A stretch of 64,000 nt of DNA from contig NC_068998.1 of the NCBI RefSeq assembly GCF_001194135.2, positions 19,104,015 through 19,168,014 on the forward strand, read 5' to 3'. Within the stretch, counting starts at the first letter, position 1. Each line of letters begins with the position of its first letter. A program made the position numbers and the translations under genes. Shown here piece by piece: positions 12,246-23,794 of the stretch. Source of the DNA: Octopus bimaculoides. Taxonomy: Eukaryota. Under the pieces are notes generated by a model. That model searched no databases. It had not been told where the DNA came from and saw only the letters and a program-made list of their open reading frames with translations.

Positions 12246-13573
12246 TCACTGCCTGGAATTGAACTTGGAATCTTAGGGTTAAGAGCACAGGCTACTAATC
12301 CCAAGATTTCGAGTTCAATTCCAGGCAGTGACCTGAATAATAATAATAATATCGAAAAATACCTTAAGAGTGAGAACCTAGGTTCGAAATTTCCCCAAGA
12401 CACCTGATGAAAGCTGAAACATTGTGTTAACAACAAACAAGATGAGGGCAAATATCCGTCAAATGTAAATAATGTAAATAATTCCTCATCTCTTAAATAT
12501 AGAAAAATAATATAAATGAATGAGTTGCTTACTTTCTAAGTATTTTTTTACAGGTTGCCACCAATAACCAGTGAATCGATCAAATTCTTCTTGAATCACA
12601 AATGAAGGCTCTCCAGCACTAACAGGATCATCATTGAGATTTCCAGTACCTAAAAAAATAAAAGTCACAGTTGGACAATTCAAGAACATTTCGACACAGA
12701 GAGAGAGAGAGATAGAGAGAGAGATATGAGCATAGTGTGATTAAGGAATCTACTTCACAACTACATGGTATTGTGTTCTATCCTACAGTGGAGCAGACGA
12801 CTCTTGGGCAAATGTCTTCTACTACAGCCCTGGACTAACCAAAGCTTTAGGAGTGGATTTCGTAGGCAGAAACTGACAGAAGGCATCGAACTGGCAGAAA
12901 CGTTAGCACGCCCGGCGAAATGCTTAGCAGTATTTCGTCTGCCGCTACATTCTGAGTTCAAATTCCACTGAGGTCGACTTTGCATTTCATCCTTTTGGGG
13001 TCGATTAAATAAGTACCAGTTATGCACTGGAGTCGATATAATCGACTTAATCCGTTTGTCTGTCCTTGTTTGTCCCCTCTGTGTGTAGCCCCTTGTGGGC
13101 AGTAAAGAAATAAGAAACTGAAGCCAAGATATAAGTGTGAGTGTTTGTGTGTGTGTGTATGTCTCATATATGAGTTTGTGTGCGTGTGGCATTACACACT
13201 AATTGTAAAATAAACATCAATCATACAAATTGTTTCACTTTTTGCTATCTTCCAAGAAAACATGTCCAGTCATTCTGTTGTTCATATTCCAAGGAGTAGA
13301 GGAAATGTTACTTCGATAAGAAACAAGTGGTGGTGATGGTTGGCAACAAGAAGAGCATCCAGTCGTAGGAAATCTGCTTCAAACAATTTTATCTGACATG
13401 CAAGGAGTGGTTGTGTGTTAAGTAGCTTGCTTACCAACCACATGGTTCTGGGTTCAGTCCCACTGTGTGGCACCTTGGGCAAGTGTCTTTTACCTCAGGC
13501 CGACCAAAGCCTTGTGAGTGGATTTGGTAGACAGAAACTAAAAGAAGCCCGTCGTATATATGTGTGTGTGTGT

Positions 13574-13621
<48 letters not shown>

Positions 13622-15428
13622 TTGTGTGTCTGTGTTTGTCCCCCCACCATCGCTTGACAACCAATGCTGGTGTGTTTATGTCCCCCGTAACTTAGCGGTT
13701 CGGCAAAAAGAGACCGATAGAATAAGTACTAGGCTTACAAAGAATAAGTCCTGGGGTCGATTTCTCGACTAAAGGCGGTGCTCCAGCATGGCCGCAGTCA
13801 AATGACTGAAACAAGTAAAAGAGTAAAAGAGTATAACAGTCACCAACCTACCAGAGAAGACCTTCTGATTCTATGACACAAACTTCCACTTTTAAAGTGA
13901 TCTAAATTATTAAAATTTCAGGTTAATTCATGTTCCAAACATCAGCTTAACTCTTCAGCATTCAAATTTCTCTCTCAAACATAAATGTTCATTTGTTCAC
14001 ATTGATTTGAATTAGTTTGGCATTACTTTGTAGCTTTGAGATTTCAATGAGATGATTGTTTATTTTCAGAAGGGTGAGGAAAGTGTAAGAATATGGGTCT
14101 GGCCAGTTTGAAGATAAAACAACGCTGAATATTTTGGCCCCGTATAGCCAGTATAAATGCTAAAGGGTTAATAATAGCAATGATATTTTATCAAATTTTC
14201 ATTATTTACTCTCTTTACTCTTTTACTTGTTTCAGTCATTTGACTGCGGCCATGCTGGAGCACAGCCTTTAGTCGAGCAAATCGACCCCAGGACTTATTC
14301 TTTGTAAGCCTAGTACTTATTCTATCGGTCTCTTTTGCTGAACCACTAAGTTACGGGGACGTAAACACACCACCATCGGTTGTCAAGCGATGTTGGGGGG
14401 GACAAACACAGACACAAACATATACACACATATACATAGAGATATATATATACATATATACGACAGGCTTCTTTCAGTTTCCGTCTACCAAATCCACTCA
14501 CAAGGTTTTGGTCGGCCCGAGGCTATAGTAGAAGACACTTACCCAGGGTGCCACGCAGTGGGAATGAACCCAGAACCATGTGGTTGGTAAGCTAGCTACT
14601 TACCACACAGCCACGCCTGTGCAAAAGTATTAAAATGATGAAAAAAATTATCACCATCAATATTACTAATAATAATAATTGTTTCTAATATAGGTACAAG
14701 GCCTGAAATTTGGCGGATGGGGCTAGTCAATTACATCAACAGCAGTATTTTATCAACCCCAAAAGGATGAAAGGCAAAATCAACCTTGACTGAATTCGAA
14801 CTCAGAATGTAAAGTCAGAAGACATGCTGCTAAGCATTTTGTCCAGCATGCTAACAATTCTACCAGCTCACCACTTTAATAACAAAAATAATAAATAACA
14901 ACATACCTTTATGAACATGTGTGAGCCTTCTCTGACAACGACTTGTCAGGTGCATGACAGATATGTCTCCATCAAGTACAAATGCCACCAAATCAGAATT
15001 TGAAGGGCAAAACATGGGGTTAAGGCAGGTTTGATAAGAGGAAGTACAAACAACTTCAGGAAAGAGTGCTTCATCGTTCTAGAAATAAACAGAAGTTTAA
15101 ATTTAAAAAGTAAACCCTTTTCATATTCAGATAAATTGTATTCAAAAGATGTCAAATTATTAAAAGATATTTAGGAAGGGTGACACGTAAAAGCACCCAC
15201 TACACTCTCTGAGTGGTTGGCGTTAGGAAGGGCATCCAGCTGTAAAAACTCTGCCAAATCAGATTGGAGCCTGGTGTAGCCATCTGGTTTCACCAGTCCT
15301 CAGTCAAATCGTCCAACCCATGCTAGCATGGAAAGCGGACGTTAAACGACGACGACGACGACCGAAGAAGATGCTTCCAGCTACAATAATACTTGAAACA
15401 CAAATATACTAAGAAATCATTTTAATTG

Positions 15429-15472
<44 letters not shown>

Positions 15473-18400
15473 GATAGTTTATTATTGAATGCCTCATTGA
15501 ATAATTGACAGCTCATAACCTCCTTTTATATACCACTGTTTACAAGACATGGTGTCACACTACATTAGAACTTAGCACCATAGTTTTTATGGAGCTGTGT
15601 GACTAAGACATATCTCTTTCCTGGAAAAAAAATGACAATCTACTGTTACCACTTAGCCCCAAATCAATCTTGACCAAACAGATATTATCTAAGACATCTC
15701 ACACATATCTAGTCTTTTTAGGGGCATCTAAGACTTCACTATCAAATGTGTCCTTTCCTTTTTTAAAAAAAAAAAAAAAAGAATGTGATTTCTTGCAGAT
15801 TAAACAACTTCTTAGAGACTCCCTTGTTGGCTAGCAGACAACTGCAGATTTTGTCATTGGAAGATCGGACTTCATCAAGCTGATAATAAATGTTAATTAC
15901 ACAGTGTTCTTGATATTTATGGCAGTTAAAGTACTTTCTTGGGGGATCCAGGCACACCTCTACTTCCCTAAGGTATTAAATATAAAGCTAAATAAACATG
16001 GTCAGGGTGAGTCAAATTTAGGCTAGACTTTGTGCACCATCAGTGATGAACAAAGGACTATCAACTGTTTACTATATTAACACCCTAAAAATTTGAGACA
16101 ATTTCTTTTCTACAACTGCCACTACTTATTTTATCAACCTTGAAGGACAAAACAATTTCACTAGATTTAAATCCAGTGAAATAATTTACTGAATAATTAT
16201 TCAACATATTCTACACAGTCATTTCATCAACATATTCCATCTTAAGTCTGACAAACCAAGGGGTTATCATCCAATCAACCAACCAGTTGGAAACTGCAGC
16301 CAAATTCTCTCCAATGACACATTGTCTCACAACAGGAAGCACATAATGGACAAAGTAGTTCCAGATAACAAAAAAGCAGGATGTCATAGTTGTCATAGTT
16401 GTCTCAATATGTAAAATCTGTTTCTCCCACAGATTAAAACTTGGAACTAGGGATATACATGTGAAAATATTAATGTGTTATGTTAAAAATAATTTAAGAT
16501 CAATGATGTCTCCTAATCCACTAATTGTCATAGCAACAGCTCACATTTCATTTTAGTATCTGATTAAAAGCAAATATACTCAAGTTATGAAAGCCTGCTA
16601 TGAAACCTTGTTGCATTTCCCAAACGTGAAACAGATATAAGTGACTTTCCAATGACATTAAAATAATCATAGAAAAACACAATCAAGAAGAAATGGTAAT
16701 GATTAACAATGTTTGATTGCATAGAGAAGGATGGAAAAGGGGGAAAAAAAGAAGAAAATCATTTTCATTCATTTATTCTACTTTTACAAAATATCAAGAA
16801 TGTATCTCACAAATATATAGTCTGCAACCAGCAAATGTCTATTAGAAGAGTAATTCAAAATGCATAACAGGTTTACAAAGTATGTGGCAATAGAATAACT
16901 TTTTACAGTTGGATTCCATTTGTGGGTTTTTGGGGTTTTTTTTCCAAGACATTTTGTTTAAAGAAAATGAAACCATGGAGAATGTGGACAATAGTAAAAG
17001 CCATTGTTCTTCCAAAACAAGAAATATGTATGATTGATAAAAACAGAAGTGATGTGATGGCAAAATTGAGTCATGGTATTACTAAACATGCTAAGTGTGT
17101 GAATCATACAATCTTTTTACATTAATATAATATGAATCCACCCAACATTTAACACATTTCAGTATTTTATTTGTGTTACACTAGTATAGTTACTAAAATT
17201 GAAATTACCTAATTCCAATTTTAAAACATAACTACATTCATCTCCAAACTAATGCAAAATGTTTCACCTATTTTAATGGCAACATTCATCAAGTCATACA
17301 TCTTAATCTATGGCCTCTTGATTTAATTTTTGCTGAGAGTTTAGATAAGATTAGTTTGATTTTATCAATGTCCCATATTTATAATGGGCAAGTGATGTAA
17401 TACCAGACAGATGAAGATAAAGAAGAAAAACCAATAAATATCTTCACAAACAAGGTCAGTGACTTGCAATATAGGAGATAATAATTACGTTATTTCTGGT
17501 ATTTGTTTCAATTGTCTGTAGACAGTGTTTCCTGAGCATATATTATCTTCAGCCAAATCTGCTGCAGACAAGTATGAATGAATTTAAAACATAATGAATT
17601 TATTTATATATTATACTAAAACATCAATTTAAGTACACTTCTATTTATTATTTCACCAACAATGCTGGTAAATAACAAAGAACAAAATTAAAATGACAAG
17701 TAATGATCTTTTTGTTTTCAATCTTCTATTAAAATCTCATCATGATTTTTTTACTAGCGTTTTAGTAACCAAATACAAGGTCAAGTGAGGTCATGTACAA
17801 TATGTAACTGTATATTTTCTGTCACACTAAAATATTTAGTCAAGAATCTCCATTGGTTACAGGGTAAACAAAACTGCTGCAGATGAAATCAAAGCTTAAA
17901 AACTGATGTTTACTATTTAATTTTTCGTTCGACTTCCACATCATCATGTTTACATCCATTTTACCCACAGGTTAGACAGATCTTTTCTGGCACAGCATCT
18001 CACCTCTTATTGCTGATCTTTGTCATCTCCTTTTGAGATTTTCCTTCACTTCTTCCCAGGACTTCCTCAGTCTTCCTCTTTCCTGGTTCCTTTTTACTTG
18101 GACTGCTGGTACTTCTTTACACATCTCTTGAGCATACTATATCTGGTTCTCCTCATATCCTGTTTTTCTCTCTGCTCCATTTGTGCTCTGTCATCTATGC
18201 ACATCAACATTACACTCAAGTGGGAGCATACTCACCTAATTTCCTTCTGACTTTTGTATATCCCTTATAATCAATGCCCATGTCTTGCAATCAAGCAGCA
18301 CAGTACTTCAGACAAATTTCATTAACCTTTTCCATCCTGTTCTCACTCTGGCTACTGTGCTTTCAGAATACTTTAAGCATTTTGAAAGAATTCCTTTATG

Positions 18401-21400
18401 GATGCTCTTACTGCTAACCACACTTGTGCAATGTTACAGATAAGGTCTTTCTTCTCTGTGATCTTGATGCACTTCATGTATCGACAGGTTACATTGTGTG
18501 CGTCCCACTACTGATAATGTACATAACTATAGATTCCATTGTATTTGTGACTGTCAAAATTTTGACATGGTTTTCTTAGTAGGATGTCATCAACTACTTT
18601 GCAGCAGGAACAAGGAGAATTCTATACTACCAGCACTAAAGATGTGGTATTTCAAGATAGTTCATTTCTTGCTACTCTATTTCAGTCTTTAATTCTGAGT
18701 TTCTGCTCTCCTACATTACATCTTCATTACAGCTTGCAGAAACCATGACTACTCTGTCCAGATAAGGAGGTACCCAAACTGTCAGGGTTATGCAAGTTGC
18801 CCAACTTCCAAAATGCATCATCACCTCTATGTCTATGAAGCTATGTCTCTCCATGTATTAGAGGAGCATTTGTCTGAAATATATGGCAGTAAAATTGAGG
18901 TATGGATTAAAAAGGAGGATGTTTATTTCCATGTTAATAGTTTAACTCTTTAGCATTTAAACCAGCCATATCCAACCCAAATATTTTACCTGTTTTATTT
19001 TCAAATCAGCTAGATCCAGCCTCTCAGACTTACTCTACAATGTCATTCTAAAAATAAACAATCAAAATCTCAAAGCTATGAGATAATGCAGGATTAATTC
19101 AAAACCATGTGAGCAAATAAGCATTAGATTTCACATACTTATCTGAATGCTAAAGGGTTAGACGACTGAACAAATGGCAGCAAGGCATATTTGTTATTAC
19201 AGGAGGCAGGGGGGAAATATGTGAACCACCGATCTACACACAGAACTGTTTATCAGCTCTCCTCTCCAGTTTTATCAATTTCATAAAAAACACTAAATTT
19301 CTACTGCAAACTGTTTAACATTTAACAACAATTATTTTCTAAGAGACAATTATTCCTACCAGCTCTAAACATTTACCACTAGTTCATTATAAGGTCACCA
19401 CTACATGGCTGAAAAATGATTAGGCTATACAATTTGGCGAGATCTTACAATGTGTTCTGATCATCTTAAATTTTTTCCTCCAGCAATGGATATGAGAAGT
19501 GGTGTAGATGTCTTAAGATTACTTCTATAAAATATGGTAAATTTCAACTGCATACTGTTTACTCTAACAACAATATACAAAATGATTCAGAAGTCCCTTT
19601 ACCCTTTAAATGTTATATAAATTCTTTACTTCTTTATTTTGTTACAATTTTGTTTTTAATACAACTTTTGCATTTTGTTAAGACTAGCCTTTAGTATATT
19701 GTTTTACATATTTTAGAAAAATGTCATTAGGAAAAGATAGAATATTCATTGACCCCAAAACAGCAATTTAACCCTTTAGCATTTAAACTGGCCATATCCA
19801 GCCCAAATATTCTCTCACAATTATCCATCAATGTCATTCTGCAAAGAAACAATCATATCATTGAAATCTTAAAGCTATGAGATAATGCCTGTGCCAGCAC
19901 TGGTGCCATGTGAAAAGCACCCAGTCCACTCTGTAAAGTGGTTGGCATTAGGAAAGGCATCCAGCCATAAAAACTATACCAAGCCAAAACAGACAGTGGA
20001 ACTTGGTGCAGTCCCCTGGCTTGCCAGCTCCTGTCAAACCATCCAATCTATGCTGGCATGGAAGACAGACATTAAATGAAGATGATGATGTTGATGACAT
20101 TTGACAGAGTAATCTGAATGCTAAAGGGTGAAAGCTAATCCTGCTCAGTTGTTCAGGCATATCTAGTTCAGCCATCCAAGGTATTCTGGTGGGGAGCTAA
20201 CAGTTTGACTGACAAGACTTCCCCAGAATCTTCAAGCTGTAGTAACCAATAGGAAGAGGCAATGGGGACTGGGTTAATGAACGCAGTTCCCCCAGCTCTC
20301 TATATACTCTTGCAAACCCCCTAGCTACCCACTTCCACTCACCTCGTACTTTGAGAGGCCATCCAAACACCTTACCTCATCCTCACAGGGGAGTGCTGAA
20401 AAGTTCCTGGCTTTCAGGGTATCACGGAAGGCCTGGTTGGAGGGCCAACTTTCCGAGTTCTTTTACAGGGCTCAGAAAAGCTTAAGGACCACTGCAATAA
20501 GTGTGTGAATCTGAGAGAGAGAGAGAGAGATATGTTGAATAACATTGTAACTATCCTCCTGTATTTTCTTGTGCCCAAAGCTAGGAACTTTTCAGCACCC
20601 CCTTGTATATATTTCATAGCAACTCCTCCTGGATCATTCTCACCCTCTCATTAAAACACAAGTGAACCATGCAGCTCTTCTACAAGAACCTGCTCTGTCC
20701 ACCACCACCCCTACTTTCTCACTCATATTTTAACCTCTCATCTCCTAAGGGTTCATAGCTGCATAGTGACTGACTCAATAGTGCTGGTGGCACAAAAAGT
20801 ATCCAGTACACATTGTAAAATGGTTGGCATTAGGAAGGGCCATCCAATCCATGCAAATCTGGAACTTGGACATATGATGATGATGTTACTAAATGTTAAA
20901 TAATGACACTCTTATTCTCTTTGAACTCCATAAAAAGTTTGTCATCTTCAGTAGAGAAACAATAATAGACATCTTTCCAAAGAATTAATAGTAACTGCTT
21001 CCAATTTAGATGAAAAGCCAGCAATTTTGAAGGAGGGGTGGGAGATAGTTGATACCACTGACCCCAGTACTTGACTGGTACTGCATTTTATTGACCCTGG
21101 AGGAATGAAAACAAAGTCAACCTTGTCAGAACAATGATGATAACATAACATGAACTCCAATTGTGGAAAAAGATACCTAGTTAAATAACTTCTATTTGAT
21201 TGGTAATTATCTTAATGACTCCAGAAGGATGAAAACAAAGCTGGCCTCTTGATATAATTACTGTAAGTGATTTTGTTTTGGTACCCTATCATCTATCTAC
21301 TCCACCACCTTAAGAAATATTAATAATTTCTCAAATTGAAACAAAACTACAAATTTGTTGCAAACAGGTATAATCAATGTAATCAATCCTATTGAAATCA

Positions 21401-23754
21401 CTGGTATTTATCCTAACTTCATTGAAATACAAACAAATGTCAACTTCAGCAGCTTCCCAACTAAGAAAGTACAATTTCTGAAGTTAAATACTAAAATACA
21501 TTTATTCTAGTTTTAGAAGTAAAAAAAAAAAATTTTAACTAAGAGAGATAGAGAGAAATGGGGAGGGCAAAGCAGAAGGGCAAAAGTAGAAAGGGGCAGT
21601 AGTAGTAGAAAGGCAAAATAAGGGAAATGGTTAAAAAAAAAAAAAAAAATAGAAAGCTCAAGATTGAAGGAAAAGGGTAGAATAAAAGGAGATAGAGACC
21701 TATCTTACTCTATTTTTCACAGAAGTGTGCAAGGTTGAATGGGTTAATTTTACTCTGTAGTATCTCTCAATCTCCTTTGTATATGTTTGGGGGGGGTTGC
21801 AAACACGGTTTTGAGGAGGAGGATATGGAGAGGTGGACACAGTCCTCAATATATATATACACTCCTTGACAGTATCACAGAATGTGGTATACATATATTA
21901 GATATTTCTGTACCATGCTTTTGTTCCAATATTCAAGGTATTAGAACACAATGATCCTCAGCAGACTATGTTGAAATAAAAGATGCACATACAGTTGAAG
22001 AGATAGAGTAACAATAGTTCAATTGATGAAATTTATAGCAAAGAACAAGTGACAATGACGATGTTTAAACACATGGGTCTTCTAAATATAGCTACAGAAG
22101 ATAAAGGAATTCTATATTAAATTGAAACGAATAAAGGAGGTGGGTATCTATCAGAGAAGAAGTGTGGTGTTTCTAAAGAAGTTCAAGGGAGAATTATAAC
22201 TAGATTCAGAGAGAGAAAAGGGAAAAGGAGATTTATAATTAAATACTGTAATAAACAGAAATTTGATTACAAAAGAAACTACAGTTAAAAAGACGTGGAA
22301 TGAGGAAGAGGCTGGTGGCATGGGAGAGGAGCTGAACTCTAAATCACAGTGAGAAAAAGCTACAGAAAATTTTAATTGTAAAGAAAAACAGAATCTAAAA
22401 GTATGGAAAAAGTGTTAAGTAGAATGCAGTCATAATCCAGAGATTGAAATTAGCTATAATACGCAAATAAGGATATTCCTGTAACTATAAATAACATATA
22501 ACAATATAAAAATATTATGAATGATAGCTCAGTGTTACTGGGTCAGAAGACATGTTGCTGGCACACAAAGTTAGCAGCCGGAAAGATATGAAAGGCAGCA
22601 GGTGAGGAGGAGAGCGATGGAGAAGAAAGATGAAAAAAGAGGACAGCAGTTAAGAAATGAAAAAATTAATTTTTTAAGAAGAAAAAATTAAAAAAAAAAA
22701 AAGAATTTTCCCACTGCGTGGCACCTTGGGCAAATGTCTTCTACTATAGCCTCGCGCCAACCAAAGCCTTGTGAGTGGATTTGGTAGACGGAAACTGGAA
22801 GAAGTCCGTCGTATATATGTATATATATGTATATGTGTGTATATGTTTGTGTCTGTGTTTGTCCCCCCAACATCGCTTGACAACCGATGCTGGTGTGTTT
22901 ACGTCCTCGTAACTTAGCGGTTCGGCAAAAAGAGATCGATAGATTAAGTACTAGGCTTCCAAAGAATAAGTCCTGGGGTCGATTTGCTCGACTAAAAGAC
23001 GGTGCTCCAGCATGGCCGCAGTCAAATGACTGAAACAAGTAAAAGAGTAAAGAGTAGAGTAACATACACAGAATACTGGAAATTTCTAGGATCCCAGTAT
23101 TTGACTGGTACTTTATTAATCTAGGAAGGATGAAAGACTAAGTTGATCTCAGAAGGACTTGAATGCAGAATGAGAGGCCAGAGCAAATACAAGTGAAGAT
23201 GAAGAAGATGGAGAAGATGAGGAAGATGCTCACATGAATTTGAGTACCTTCACGGAAGGTCACTGACTTTATGTTGCCTGATGATTGATTGGATTTTTAT
23301 ATCCGTCATGAAACACTTAGTAAGGATGTGTTAATGCAAACATAAATGATATGTATATATTATTTCTTTTACTTGTTTCTGTCATTGGATTGCTGCCGTG
23401 CTGGGCACTGCCTTGAAGGGATTAGTCCAAGAAATCGACCTCAGGACATATTTTCTAAAAATTGATACTTATTCTACCAGTCTTTTACCAAACTGCAAAG
23501 TTACAGGGATGTAGACAAACCAGCACTAGTTGTCAAGTGGTGGCAGTGGACAAATACAAAAGCAGATACACACACAAACACACACACATATATATATATA
23601 TAGGTCAAGCTTCTTTCAGTTTCCATTAACCAAAAGGATTTGTTCAGTCCAAGACTACAGTATGCCCAAAATGTCACACAATGAGACTGAACCTGAAACC
23701 ATGGGGCTAGAAGTAACCTTTTTACCATACAGCAACACAGCCACCCACACACTC

Positions 23755-23794
<40 letters not shown>

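Noticed and set aside
12275-12335. tRNA gene at the centre of the foldback
   Set aside because: The 5' acceptor stem is missing and the sequence continues as a repeat body.
17485-17570. Possible cassette exon in intron 1 (DLAEDNICSGNTVYRQLKQIPEIT)
   Set aside because: No DPP8/9 similarity, and exons 1 and 2 already join in phase with no missing protein segment.
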